Source of the DNA: Candidatus Omnitrophota bacterium
GTDB taxonomy: Bacteria > Omnitrophota > Gorgyraeia > 2-01-FULL-45-10
Assembly: GCA_018823705.1 (NCBI GenBank)
Contig: JAHJHP010000009.1
Span: 1 to 55,280 of the forward strand
Reading direction: 5' to 3'
Length of the DNA: 55,280 nucleotides
Position numbers and translations under genes: made by a program. Below the pieces are notes generated by a model, which searched no databases, had not been told where the DNA came from, and saw only the letters and a program-made list of their open reading frames with translations. This document shows positions 27,752 through 38,144 of this stretch, piece after piece; within the stretch, counting starts at the first letter, position 1, and every line of letters starts with the position of its first letter.

Positions 27752-29191
27752 TTAATTCAGAAACTCTTTGCGAAACATGAAAAGGAACGTATTAATAGCG
27801 TCCCGTTTCCTGCCGCGCGCCAGGTGAGACAGCAACCTAAAAGACTCTTTTTTATTCTTAAATGAGAGCTTTAGCATATCGCATATGAACGCCGGATTCA
27901 ACATGTATCCCAGGGCGCTGGTCTTATTATATTTCTGCATATCCTCGAACTCTCTTTTAAGCTCATCTCCCGTAAGAGTCGCCGTCATCACCGGAGATTC
28001 CATAGTCTGCCAGTTTATGGGCGCCGTGGGATCGATCCATCTGTTCTTCACCGCAACATCATATAGCTCAGTGCCCGGAAACGGTGTTGAAAAGAAACAC
28101 CCGAGGAACGCCGGCTTGATCTGGTCAAGAAGCGCCCTCGTCATCGCGATATCTTCCCTGGTTTCGCCGGGAGATCCAACCATGACCGTAGCGACCGGAC
28201 GGATGCCATGCCTTTTGCATATTTCGAACGCCCGCTTAGTCTCATCCAGCTTTATCCCCTTATGGAGGCTGTCCAATACCCGTTGCGAACCTGATTCGAC
28301 TCCAAAATCTATCTGGACACAACCCGATGAGCGCATAGACCGGGCCATAACGTCAGTAAATGTGTCTACGCGTGCCTGGCAGGCCCATGTAAGATCAAGC
28401 TTGCGCGCATTAAGTCCGTCGCAAAATTCCACAACACGCTTTTCTTTGATAGAAAAAGTATCGTCGATTATCCAAAGGCCCTCTATGTCGTATATTTTTT
28501 TAAGCCACTCCACCTCATCCAGCACCCTGGATATGCCAAATTCTCTGACGACCCTGCCATGCACCGCCCTGCAGCAGAACGTGCATCGGGCGGGACATCC
28601 TCTTGCCGTCATAACGAGTCCGCACCTAAGCCAAAGCCCGCGGATCGCATAAGTCCTTCTGGCAAACCTGCGGCTATCAATGAGGTGATATGCCGGAAAT
28701 GGTAAGGCGTCAAGGTTAGTGATAAAAGGCCTTTGGCCGGTCAGGATCGGAAAGCCATCCTTGACATGCGCTATGCCTTTTATGCCGCTAATATCGGCGT
28801 CGCTACACATCGCATTAGCCAACTCAAGCATCGTATTCTCGCCCTCACCTACACAGACAACGTCCGCCCCCCATGAAAGAGCATCACCATACATAAGCGT
28901 CGGGTGTACGCCTCCTGCGATGATCTTTATATCCTTAAATTTACTTTTTATGAACCCTATCAGGCCTTTTGATATCTCAGCCTGAGGAGTCATAAACGTT
29001 ATGCCGATAGCGTCCGGCAAGTATCCGCTGATCTCCCTCTCCGCCAATATATTTCTTGCCTCTTCATCCATCATGTAAGGTATCTCTAATACCTTCACTT
29101 CATGTCCGTTATGTTCCAGGACCGCTGCGATATACAAAATGCCGAAAGGCGGCTGTGTAAGACGTTCGGGATTGATAAATAGAAATCTCAT
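27752..29191 (-). CDS. Cobalamin-binding radical SAM protein
   Basis: Start ATG 29191 (ATGA overlap, MRFLFINP); PPFGILYIAAVL, GGVHPT, GEGE, RGCPARCTFC, IIDDTF, GVESGS. Confidence 0.92.
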   Translation of the reverse strand: MRFLFINPERLTQPPFGILYIAAVLEHNGHEVKVLEIPYMMDEEARNILAEREISGYLPDAIGITFMTPQAEISKGLIGFIKSKFKDIKIIAGGVHPTLMYGDALSWGADVVCVGEGENTMLELANAMCSDADISGIKGIAHVKDGFPILTGQRPFITNLDALPFPAYHLIDSRRFARRTYAIRGLWLRCGLVMTARGCPARCTFCCRAVHGRVVREFGISRVLDEVEWLKKIYDIEGLWIIDDTFSIKEKRVVEFCDGLNARKLDLTWACQARVDTFTDVMARSMRSSGCVQIDFGVESGSQRVLDSLHKGIKLDETKRAFEICKRHGIRPVATVMVGSPGETREDIAMTRALLDQIKPAFLGCFFSTPFPGTELYDVAVKNRWIDPTAPINWQTMESPVMTATLTGDELKREFEDMQKYNKTSALGYMLNPAFICDMLKLSFKNKKESFRLLSHLARGRKRDAINTFLFMFRKEFLN

Positions 29192-31083
29192 GCTATCTTC
29201 TCTTTTGCGTTCTTTAGCGCCGAGGATATAAATACCCATATCGTGTAGACACAGAACGACATAATTATGTATAGGAATGGCCTCATGGGAGCGCCGTAGC
29301 GAGGCCCTATTGTTAGAAAAAGTATCCCGTGAAAGAACGTATAAAACATTATGACAAGAAGCGCTAGCACCTTTAGATATGTCTTTCTCTTAGAAAAAAT
29401 AAATACAAAAAAGCTGGCAAAGAGGATCAGTATGCTGTAGAACTCCAATTTTGACGCGTACCTATTGGGGCATTGCGAACTGTTCATAAGGAATACGGGA
29501 TCAAAACTGCCAAACTTCGGCCAGAGATAAAGATTTCGCAAGCGCTTTGGCACTATCCGGCCATACGCTATCAGGATATCTTTTGGCTTTGCAAGGACTG
29601 CCCTGACGCTTCCGCCAAAATCTGTTACAGGATCCCTCATGCCAAGCTCGATGAGTCTTTTGTTGCTGGGAACCATCTGTTCTCCCCATGCCGCGGAACC
29701 GCACGCCCATAAAAGCGAACCTGTCCTGTAGACAAGAACGAACTTATGCGTATTTATGTAATTTACACAGGTGATGGGGGCTATCGCCAGAAACGTGATC
29801 ATGACAAATAAAGCCGCATCGCGCAATCTCTTCATTATAAGGCCCCTGCCGTACACTCTGCCCCAAATAGCGATCCACGGTAACGCAAAGATAATAAGCA
29901 CTAAGCCGAGCATCCTCATGATAGTCGCGAGGGCTAGTGAAATACCTGCCAAAAGCAAAAACGCGATTGCTTTCAAATCTTTAGCGCACTCTCTATAAAA
30001 TAGAAGAAAAAGGATCGTCAATGTGATAAGCGGTATATAAAGCGCTTCTGTATTCAAAGTAGCCGTAAGATGGATCAGGGCTGTATCCGACGCGGCGCCG
30101 AGAGCGGCAAGAAAAGAAACCGCGACACTACCGGTTATTCTTTTTGACAATACGAATACGGCGCAACACAACAAGGCCCCTATGGCAGACTGGACGATGC
30201 CGATAGCCATGTAACTATGGCCAAAGACCTTATATACGGCCGATATCAGCACCGAATAAAATAACATCCACTGATGCGGTGATTCTCTCAGGAAACTCAT
30301 CGGATCAGCAGCTCCTTTTAATCCCCACGCATTGTATGCGTCTCCGTCATCGCTGGCCAGTGGATACCTGGGCCCCTCGATCCTTAAGAGATTGATCAAA
30401 AAGACCACCCTCGCCACAAACGCCAGGATAAATATCAACTTCAAAAGTCTGTCCTCTCTTGACAGCCACTTCACTGCGCGCGCGAATGCGTCTCTTATCC
30501 CGGGAATTGGATTTTTTTGGATCATGACGCATAGCGATATTATGAGAGCAGTATCCAGAGCGATAGCCGTGCCAATATGACCGCATCGATAATAGAAGAA
30601 TATCGCATATAGCGCTAATAATGATACCGGCAGGAAAGCTATCTTTCCTAAAACCGTAACGCTCTCTCTTTTTAAAAACATGGATACGATAATATAAGCA
30701 CCCCACACAACTATGCACGACGTCACCACGAACACAAATATGTTTATATATAACACGTAGACGCCGGAGATCCGTACTCCCGCCCATACCTGTTTCTGAG
30801 TGTCAAGCATGGCAGGGTACATGTCCAATAAAAATCCCAGAATTATCCCGTATGCGCACGCTTTCTTCCAGGGTTCACGCGCCACATATCGCAGGGCCGC
30901 TATAAAGATGAGCGTAAGCGCCCATTGATAGGCAGGCAGTATGATGTCCCTGAATATGAGCTTGATGCTGAAGATATCGGCGTACGGCGATCCCTGCAAT
31001 AATAAAAAGACGATCGAATAAACGATCCCCACTACCGACACTACCAATGACCTGTGGGAAATTTTTCCGGATATAACCATCAT
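29188..31083 (-). CDS. Multi-pass membrane glycosyltransferase, GT-C/ArnT-like, with an extra N-terminal TM bundle
   Basis: Many TMs; SDDGDAY loop after 'FILAFVARV', LNTEALY, RYGAP near the C-terminus. Confidence 0.7.
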   Translation of the reverse strand: MMVISGKISHRSLVVSVVGIVYSIVFLLLQGSPYADIFSIKLIFRDIILPAYQWALTLIFIAALRYVAREPWKKACAYGIILGFLLDMYPAMLDTQKQVWAGVRISGVYVLYINIFVFVVTSCIVVWGAYIIVSMFLKRESVTVLGKIAFLPVSLLALYAIFFYYRCGHIGTAIALDTALIISLCVMIQKNPIPGIRDAFARAVKWLSREDRLLKLIFILAFVARVVFLINLLRIEGPRYPLASDDGDAYNAWGLKGAADPMSFLRESPHQWMLFYSVLISAVYKVFGHSYMAIGIVQSAIGALLCCAVFVLSKRITGSVAVSFLAALGAASDTALIHLTATLNTEALYIPLITLTILFLLFYRECAKDLKAIAFLLLAGISLALATIMRMLGLVLIIFALPWIAIWGRVYGRGLIMKRLRDAALFVMITFLAIAPITCVNYINTHKFVLVYRTGSLLWACGSAAWGEQMVPSNKRLIELGMRDPVTDFGGSVRAVLAKPKDILIAYGRIVPKRLRNLYLWPKFGSFDPVFLMNSSQCPNRYASKLEFYSILILFASFFVFIFSKRKTYLKVLALLVIMFYTFFHGILFLTIGPRYGAPMRPFLYIIMSFCVYTIWVFISSALKNAKEKIA

Positions 31084-31817
31084 CGCTCCTTTACCGCCAC
31101 CGCAAAGACACTGACCCCAAAAGGAAAACCTGTCGTTATGCTGATCCCATTCTCTATCTTCAGGAGGCGCGTCAGGAATGTATTTACCCCGGGATTGACA
31201 CTGTAGAATTGGTCTTTCTTATCACGTTTCTTACTGAAGAATAATCTCTGGAATATCCTTACTACACTTGTCGGAAAGAACAGGCTGAAATTCCAGTAAG
31301 ATCCCCTGCATACTCGAAAATTAGCTTCTTTTAAGAGCCGCGTGAGTCCGGGCCTGGAGTACCGCCTGCAATGATGGTTGACCTCATCGTGTTCGCTCCA
31401 TAAAAAACCGAAGGCAGGAACAAAGACGATCAACCTGCCGCCTGTTTTCAACACTCTATTCCATTCGGCCAACGCACGGGAATCTTCCCTGATATGCTCC
31501 AGAACATCCGATATTATCACCACGTCGAATTTATCATTGCCAAATCCAAGCCTGGCCCCGTCCATTACGAACGATAGGCCTTCGTTCCTTTCTCTGCAAA
31601 GGCCTATCGCCTTTTCGCTTATATCCACACCATAAAGGTCGTCATATCCGCATGCCTTCAAATCCTTAAGAAGAGCGCCTCCCGAACATCCTACATCCAG
31701 TATCCTGGAACTTTTATCGAAAGCGCCTACTATGCGGGTTATGATATCCCTGCGCCCCGCAAACCACCAGTAATCTTCCTCGATACGATGGCATTTAGTT
31801 TCGTAAGCTTTATCCAT
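31080..31817 (-). CDS. Class I SAM-dependent methyltransferase
   Basis: EEDYWWFAGRR, LDVGCSGG, DVLEHI, FVPAFGFLWSEHDEVNHHCRRY. Confidence 0.9.
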   Translation of the reverse strand: MDKAYETKCHRIEEDYWWFAGRRDIITRIVGAFDKSSRILDVGCSGGALLKDLKACGYDDLYGVDISEKAIGLCRERNEGLSFVMDGARLGFGNDKFDVVIISDVLEHIREDSRALAEWNRVLKTGGRLIVFVPAFGFLWSEHDEVNHHCRRYSRPGLTRLLKEANFRVCRGSYWNFSLFFPTSVVRIFQRLFFSKKRDKKDQFYSVNPGVNTFLTRLLKIENGISITTGFPFGVSVFAVAVKER

Positions 31818-31823
31818 AGCGGT

Positions 31824-32840
31824 TCACCTCTTCCTGCCGATCATAACGAAAAACCCGCCTTCGTTCTTCCCGGTTAAAAGCAACTGAGCCTGAACGCAAA
31901 AATGGTCAAACCGGCTACCCTTCGGATTAGGCTTAAAGAGCTTCTCATCCTGATGAAAACCGGACAAGGCTCGTGACTTCGGTATGCTGTTTACGAAATC
32001 AAATCCCGTATCGTCAAACCACCTCATAACCTCGCCGATCGTATGCTTCGATTCATGCGGATTTTTATACTGATCCATGAACCAGGTAAACTTTTTCAGA
32101 TCCCCGATACTTGATTTTCTGAGGTATGGATCTAAAAACGTCAACCTGTCTCCTAAAAGATTGAACACGATTCGTCTCGCGTCAGTCGTAAGCCGTCCGT
32201 ACTTATTGTAGAGGCCTATTATAATATACCCGCCCTTCCTGACGAGCCTCGCTATCGACTTAAAACCGCCGAATGGGTCACTCGTATGATGGAGAACTCC
32301 ATTGGATATGACAAGTGAGAAGCTCTCTTTTTTGAATATCGGACTAAAAAGATTCATCTGATAAAAACCCGTTCTATCTATCCTGTTCTTCTCCCTGAAA
32401 TCATTTGCGAGTTTCAATGAGTTAAAACACATATCCGCTCCGAAAAGAAATCTGTGCGCGATGCCCAGGTAGTTTGTGAGCTGGCCTGTACCGCAGCCTA
32501 CCTCGAGGACACGGGTATTGAAAGGTATCTGCTCGTTCAACAGCCGCGCAAATATGCCACTCTCGGCCTTTTCAATTAAATCCCCTGTCGTCTCCATCTT
32601 CTCGTAATTCGGGAACGGCGTCTTTTCGTAGAAAGACTTAACGACATGTGTCACATCGCGCTTTGAGGAATCCCATTCATTGGGCCAGAATAAAAGAGGT
32701 ATCCCGGATTCTGTTGAAAAAGTATTCTTGCAGCCGGCACAGGTTATCGTATCACCGCACACGGCGAGATCCTTGCCGCATGCCGGGCACACAAATATCT
32801 CCAGGTGATCGATCATGTGTTTTAGTAACAGTCCGGTCAT
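31824..32840 (-). CDS. Class I methyltransferase with N-terminal Trm112-like zinc knuckle
   Basis: CPAC...CAGC...GIP, FYEKTPFPNY, LEVGCGTG, GVLHHT. Confidence 0.85.
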   Translation of the reverse strand: MTGLLLKHMIDHLEIFVCPACGKDLAVCGDTITCAGCKNTFSTESGIPLLFWPNEWDSSKRDVTHVVKSFYEKTPFPNYEKMETTGDLIEKAESGIFARLLNEQIPFNTRVLEVGCGTGQLTNYLGIAHRFLFGADMCFNSLKLANDFREKNRIDRTGFYQMNLFSPIFKKESFSLVISNGVLHHTSDPFGGFKSIARLVRKGGYIIIGLYNKYGRLTTDARRIVFNLLGDRLTFLDPYLRKSSIGDLKKFTWFMDQYKNPHESKHTIGEVMRWFDDTGFDFVNSIPKSRALSGFHQDEKLFKPNPKGSRFDHFCVQAQLLLTGKNEGGFFVMIGRKR

Positions 32841-34036
32841 AGAAGAACCTCGTCATTGATGATATAATCCTTTATCTCCTTCGCCAGCGCATCAGCTATG
32901 ACTTCATTTCCCAACGCTGTGAGATGAGCCGTATCGTAAAAAACATCATCCGGTGTAAAGTTCGTCAATGCGATATGAAAATCCACGACCGGGACGGACA
33001 TCTCTCTGCCTATCTCATCCAATATATCGCGCGTTCGAGAATGCAGGTAGTAATAGGCATCCTCCCTCGCCACAGGCGCACCCGCCTCAAGCTTCTGCGC
33101 AATACTCCGCACCAGATCTTTGTCAAATGACATGTCATAGCCTTTAATGTATGCCCCTTGCTTTGCCAGAATGATCCCGATATTATTCTTCTTCGCGAGA
33201 GCAACTATCTTCCTCACGCTCTCTGAATAATTCGACAGTGAATTTCTCATGTCCGATATATTGTATATTTTCCTGATGTATAAACATCTCTTCTCCAGGA
33301 CTATCGCGAATAAAAGGCTCTTGTTATATAATAAACTCAGCAGGCGAGGTACCGCTCTGAAGATCTTGGCGACAGGGCCTAAACTGTCGAGGCTGTGATA
33401 ATCGTTAAAGGCTTCACAGAACGTTACCATATCCGGCTGATATTTTAAAATATCATACTTTAACAAGCTAAGCAGGGCCGCGGATGAACTGCCCATGAAG
33501 CCTGCGTTTATTACCTCTGCCTTTACAGGGAGATTGAAGGAGCTAAGTTTTCGCTGTAAAACCGAAGGGTAATCTTTACCGTCTTCCACCTCAAGCCCCT
33601 CGGTCGTCGACCCTCCCATGCAAAATATTCTATAAATACCTTTTGGTTTTATCTTCGAGAATTCGTTCCCTCTAAAACCCAGGCTGTTTATCCTGATCTT
33701 AAAATTATGAAAACCATAGTGCTGTTTGTAAACACCGGGCACAGATTTATAATATACGACATCTCCCGATGTAGTCACTACGCGATGCTTTACTGTGTCG
33801 TATACCACTATCCTATCTTTTCCCGCTGCCATCATATTTTCTCCCGCTGCCACGTTCGCCGATGCGGCGGTCACTCTACCTGTAGTGCTGCTTGCAAAAC
33901 CATACGTAAGAAAATGCGGCTTATGATATTTTATCGAAAAATATACCCTGCTTCCTAATTCAAGCGATAATAGCAGTAACAGCGCGGGAATTATGGAAAA
34001 TAACGCTATCTTTATCATTGAATATTTTCTCTTCAT
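32837..34036 (-). CDS. Membrane-anchored SGNH/GDSL hydrolase or acyltransferase
   Basis: N-terminal TM ending LELGSR, NSLGFRG, block I GGSTT, block II NAG, block III ND, block V DTAH. Confidence 0.85.
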   Translation of the reverse strand: MKRKYSMIKIALFSIIPALLLLLSLELGSRVYFSIKYHKPHFLTYGFASSTTGRVTAASANVAAGENMMAAGKDRIVVYDTVKHRVVTTSGDVVYYKSVPGVYKQHYGFHNFKIRINSLGFRGNEFSKIKPKGIYRIFCMGGSTTEGLEVEDGKDYPSVLQRKLSSFNLPVKAEVINAGFMGSSSAALLSLLKYDILKYQPDMVTFCEAFNDYHSLDSLGPVAKIFRAVPRLLSLLYNKSLLFAIVLEKRCLYIRKIYNISDMRNSLSNYSESVRKIVALAKKNNIGIILAKQGAYIKGYDMSFDKDLVRSIAQKLEAGAPVAREDAYYYLHSRTRDILDEIGREMSVPVVDFHIALTNFTPDDVFYDTAHLTALGNEVIADALAKEIKDYIINDEVLL

Positions 34037-34059
34037 ATAAAATAATTTCCTTGTTCGTA

Positions 34060-35235
34060 TTATTTTATTGTCTTACCGGCTATCAAATCACCGTACAATA
34101 ACCCTATATCCTTTGCGAGCCGCTCCTTTGAAAATCTGTTTATGACAAAACCCCTGCCCTTAGCGCCAAGCTCGGTCCTTAATTTATCGTCCATTAGAAG
34201 CGATGTGAGCCTATCTGAAAGAGATGCCGCGTCCCCGGATTTAACAAGTAGCCCATTCATCCCGTCCTCGATAAGGTCTCTAACGCCACCGACATCCGTG
34301 GATATCACCGCTCTTCCGGACGCCATCGCCTCTATTAAAGAGACTGGAGTGCCTTCGTTCAGAGATGTCAATGCGACCACATCCAGGTCCGCATAGACCG
34401 GCGCCAGATCCTCGATCCATCCGGTTAATATCAACCGATCCTTAATACCGAGTTTTTCGGCATAATCCTCTATATTGCCTCTCATCTCACCATCGCCGAC
34501 CACTACGAACTTTACGCGTGGCCATAAAGGAGAGTTTTTCATCTCAGCCGCCGCCTCAAGGAACATCCTATGGTTCTTTATCGGCACAAGCCTGCCGACT
34601 ATGCCCACGAGCAGCGTATCCGGCGAAACACCGAGGCGCTTCCTGAATGAACCCTTTTCGGATTCACAAGCCGCAAATCTGTCAAGCTCAAGCCCAAGCG
34701 GTATAACGACGCTTTTAGACTCGCTTACCACTTTAAGTCGATTCACTATATCAGCCCTGACACGCTCGCTTACCATGATCACTTTATCTGTGAATAACGC
34801 CAGGAGCTTTTCTATCAATACGAATATATTTGCCTTAACCGGATTGAAATAACCGTCAAAGACGTGGCCGTGGAAAGTGTGAACCTTTACAGGCACTCCT
34901 GCGATGATAGCTGCAAACCTTCCGAGCGTACCCGCTTTAGCCATGTGGGTATGAACGATATCGGGCCTTTCTTTCCTGATCAGCCGATAGATATCACGAA
35001 ACGCCCTAAAATCATTCTTGATTGATATCTCTCTCGTAAGTCCGGGGATAACTATGGGATCGATCCCTTTGCTTCTTGCAAAATCCGCCATGTCCCCCTC
35101 AGACTCGCTAACGCTTCCCGTAACCAGGATGTTCTTATAAACACCCCCGTCATTTAAAGAGCTGGATAGCAGTATCGCGTGTATAGCCGGCCCGCCTATA
35201 TTGAGCCTTGTTATTATCCTTAGCACCTTGACCAT
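34060..35235 (-). CDS. GT4 glycosyltransferase
   Basis: ITRLNIGGPA, HTHMAKAG, VGRLVPIKN, SLNEGTPVSLIEAMA (Ex7E). Confidence 0.92.
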   Translation of the reverse strand: MVKVLRIITRLNIGGPAIHAILLSSSLNDGGVYKNILVTGSVSESEGDMADFARSKGIDPIVIPGLTREISIKNDFRAFRDIYRLIRKERPDIVHTHMAKAGTLGRFAAIIAGVPVKVHTFHGHVFDGYFNPVKANIFVLIEKLLALFTDKVIMVSERVRADIVNRLKVVSESKSVVIPLGLELDRFAACESEKGSFRKRLGVSPDTLLVGIVGRLVPIKNHRMFLEAAAEMKNSPLWPRVKFVVVGDGEMRGNIEDYAEKLGIKDRLILTGWIEDLAPVYADLDVVALTSLNEGTPVSLIEAMASGRAVISTDVGGVRDLIEDGMNGLLVKSGDAASLSDRLTSLLMDDKLRTELGAKGRGFVINRFSKERLAKDIGLLYGDLIAGKTIK

Positions 35236-35246
35236 TTTAACCTGAC

Positions 35247-35657
35247 CTATATCCTTTTATTGATAAGCCTGGATATGTAGGAATAAGAATATATTGAAGC
35301 AAAATGTTTGATCACACCCTTCTTGACAAGATAAATCACAAATAATGCGGCACAAAACAATGATATGGGTATGTAATTGACTTCACCGAGTGTAAGGAGG
35401 CCTATGAAAATATGGCATAGTAAAATTGATATGGCGGACGCCAGTATAAAATATCGCGCCTTACCTCTGCACGCCGAGTAGCTCGATATAAACAGGCGCC
35501 GGCTGTCTGAATTGTGTATAATCTCTCCGGATATGCGGTATATGCTCCGCGCAGAGCCGGCAAAGATCTTGAAGAAGAGGCTTGCAATAAAACAGCTATA
35601 CAGGTCCCTGGTCGCCTTATAACACAAACTCTCTTCCATGAACGCATCGCATTGCAT
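35247..35657 (-). CDS. Hypothetical membrane protein
   Basis: Exactly fills the gap between co-oriented genes; two C-terminal hydrophobic segments; no recognised motif. Confidence 0.55.
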   Translation of the reverse strand: MQCDAFMEESLCYKATRDLYSCFIASLFFKIFAGSARSIYRISGEIIHNSDSRRLFISSYSACRGKARYFILASAISILLCHIFIGLLTLGEVNYIPISLFCAALFVIYLVKKGVIKHFASIYSYSYISRLINKRI

Positions 35658-36191
35658 CTACTTATCTCCGGTACTTATGATTTTACGTACGCTGAATTGG
35701 AGTAAATATTTTTTCGTTTTTAACCCTACGGTGGTCCCAACCCGTATGGGAGTGCCCGAGCCCGCAAGAACAGCATAGACATCGCCTTTTCTTTCGTATG
35801 ATAACAAATCCACCTGAATGGACATGATAATAGCTGTAACGCTTGCGTCTGAGCTGAAGAACAGTTTCTCGCCGTTCTTGGATGTATAAACAACCGCTCC
35901 GGGCCGCCGCTCTTCCTTTTTAATCGAAACTTTTTCGACCCTGGCTACGACAAGTCCGTCATCATTGTATGCCTCGTCGCCCTCTTTCACAAGATCGGCC
36001 AGGTAAGGAGGAAGTTCTGCTACCGCAATGCAGCGTGTGTGCAAAATTTTTACATTGACCCATGATGGATCTTCGGCCATCCGGATCCATTTATACACAA
36101 AGAATATGGACAGTACCAGCATCAGAATAACAAACAGGTCAAAAACGTTTATCATCCCGAACAACTTTCCCTTTTTATCGATAAATTTCAT
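35658..36191 (-). CDS. DUF4330-family protein
   Basis: Characteristic start MKFIDKKGKLFGMINVFDL plus TM, and a C-terminal IRVG...KT beta domain. Confidence 0.75.
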   Translation of the reverse strand: MKFIDKKGKLFGMINVFDLFVILMLVLSIFFVYKWIRMAEDPSWVNVKILHTRCIAVAELPPYLADLVKEGDEAYNDDGLVVARVEKVSIKKEERRPGAVVYTSKNGEKLFFSSDASVTAIIMSIQVDLLSYERKGDVYAVLAGSGTPIRVGTTVGLKTKKYLLQFSVRKIISTGDK

Positions 36192-36215
36192 GTTTAACCT
36201 CGTTTGTTGATGGTC

Positions 36216-38063
36216 TCATATATACTTTCTGAGCTTATAGTAAAATATCGCCGCATATTCCTGAATTATACCCTCGATCTGTTTAAACGTAACACGAGGG
36301 CCTTTCGCATAATATTCGCTCTCCTCGACCGGAATATAGAGAACTTTGGAATCGCTTAGATATTTATCGCACAGAAACTTCAGTCTCAGCATGTGATAGG
36401 GAGAGCTTATCACTATGATCTTCTTCCATCCGTTCTTTCCCGCAAGATCCTTAAGGTGTAGAATCATTTCATACGTATTATGCGATGCATCATCTATGCT
36501 GATAGCTTGATTGCTTACTCCCATGTTAACGGAGAGCGCTTTCATAACATGGGCTTCCTGCATCAAATATTTGTATCCACTTGAATACAGGATATGATCC
36601 GCAAAATGCTGATTATACAGCTTCACCGCCGTCTCTACACGCTCCTGATACCCCTGGCCTACTTTACCTGATTCTCCCACACCGCCTCCCAGGGCGATTA
36701 TGACATCTGAGCGCTGGGGCACGCTCGAGATCTGCAGTGGTTTTGCAATGAACCATATGAATGGAGAGTGGAACATCACAACGTAAATAATGCCAAAGGC
36801 TATCACGACAGGCATGAGCCTGTTCTTCGTCCGCTTATAGAGTCGTGACAGGTTCACCTTCCAGTTTGTCTCTCTTTGTTCCGCCTTTTTACGCTCAACG
36901 ACCTCTATCAGCGATGACATCTGTTCGATCCTGGTCGACCAGGAATTTTTCTTAGCCGCATCGATCGCAAGCGCCGCCTCTTCTTCTCCGGCAGGACGGT
37001 CTATCGCCTGTCTTACATTTTTGGAAAAATCATCCCGTGAGCCGGATATCCTGATTATACCGTTGTTTTCTTTATTGAATTTTCTCACTTCAGGAAGATC
37101 CGTTGAAACAACCGTCTTACCTACCGCAAGATATTCATTGAGCTTGGTCGGATACACATTTTTTGTGTACTCTGTCAGCTTATACGGAATCAGCGCGACA
37201 TCAAATTCCTTTACATACATCGGCAGCTCTTCCGCCTTCTTCTGTCCCAAAAAAAAGACGTTGGGCAGATCCCCCAGCATCTTGATATCGGACTGAATCG
37301 GTCCGCAAAAGACAAACGATACGTCTCGGTTTGCTTTCGCGATATGCCGCACAAGCTCAAAGTCTATCCATTTATGGATCCCGCCGATATATCCGGCTAT
37401 TGGCCTTATAATTTTTTTTATGTCGGACGGCGTCGGATGTGTCCCGTGAAGAACACCCTTGAACTTTTCAATATCGACACCGAAAGGAAAATAGTGCACT
37501 TTGTCGTCATGCCGCGAACAATGCTTAAAAAGCGCTTCGCTTGTAACGAAAACAAGATCTGCTTTGTTTATTAGAAGGCTTTCCGTCTCCCTTATCTTCC
37601 TTGCATCACGAGAGCTCGCCTGAAATGAGTCTATGCAGTAATACACCAGGACCTTCGGCTCTATCTTCTCTATGAGGTCAAGGCTAAGGCCCGTAGGAAG
37701 AAATGCCCATACTATCGGCTCGGAAAAACCCACTGTCCTCAGCCACTTAAAAAGGACGGAGAACATCAGCTTTTTATTTATGAATCTGGCTATCCTCAAA
37801 TACGGGAACGGCAGCACAAGCGGAGAGTACACATATAGCCCGTCCTCTATCTTTCTGATGCCGTGAAGTCCCCTTTTCCAGTTGGCGATGCGCCTCTTGA
37901 TCCTTCCGAGATCTCTTATCCGTGGGGCACGCACACCGGTATTCTCAATGAAAAGGACTCTGTTACCGTTCCTGGCAAACCGCGTCATTATCTCCTGATG
38001 GCCCTGCCACAAGAAATCCCAATCGATACTGGATACGCAAATTATATCCTGGTTCTTAAGCAT
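36216..38063 (-). CDS. Fusion: TuaH-like GT-B glycosyltransferase + TM + DUF218 (ElyC/SanA/YdcF) domain
   Basis: GT part SSIDWDFLWQGHQ, YYCID, YPTKLNEYLAVG; TM LMPVVIAFGIIYVVMF; DUF218 motifs DVIIALGGG, ERV, SGY, SHNTYE, ISSPYHMLR, EYAAI. Confidence 0.85.
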   Translation of the reverse strand: MLKNQDIICVSSIDWDFLWQGHQEIMTRFARNGNRVLFIENTGVRAPRIRDLGRIKRRIANWKRGLHGIRKIEDGLYVYSPLVLPFPYLRIARFINKKLMFSVLFKWLRTVGFSEPIVWAFLPTGLSLDLIEKIEPKVLVYYCIDSFQASSRDARKIRETESLLINKADLVFVTSEALFKHCSRHDDKVHYFPFGVDIEKFKGVLHGTHPTPSDIKKIIRPIAGYIGGIHKWIDFELVRHIAKANRDVSFVFCGPIQSDIKMLGDLPNVFFLGQKKAEELPMYVKEFDVALIPYKLTEYTKNVYPTKLNEYLAVGKTVVSTDLPEVRKFNKENNGIIRISGSRDDFSKNVRQAIDRPAGEEEAALAIDAAKKNSWSTRIEQMSSLIEVVERKKAEQRETNWKVNLSRLYKRTKNRLMPVVIAFGIIYVVMFHSPFIWFIAKPLQISSVPQRSDVIIALGGGVGESGKVGQGYQERVETAVKLYNQHFADHILYSSGYKYLMQEAHVMKALSVNMGVSNQAISIDDASHNTYEMILHLKDLAGKNGWKKIIVISSPYHMLRLKFLCDKYLSDSKVLYIPVEESEYYAKGPRVTFKQIEGIIQEYAAIFYYKLRKYI

Positions 38064-38089
38064 GTTCCTCTCCGTTATCTGAAGGAAGT

Positions 38090-38118
38090 ATTATATTATA
38101 TAATGGGCGGTATTACAA
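38090..38118 (-). promoter_or_regulatory. Internal sigma70-type promoter
   Basis: TTGTAA (38118-38113), 17 bp, TATAAT (38095-38090) in an 81-bp intergenic gap, followed by SD GGAGAGG. Confidence 0.55.
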
Positions 38119-38144
38119 TACAGAAGGCGCAGAAAGGTGGGATT

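Noticed and set aside
16322-33852. Short in-frame tandem duplications (GGTTCACCT x2 at 16322-16339; TCCCGCTGCCA at 33821 and 33842)
   Set aside because: Only two copies each, in loop or linker regions with the frame preserved. There is no evidence of phase variation.
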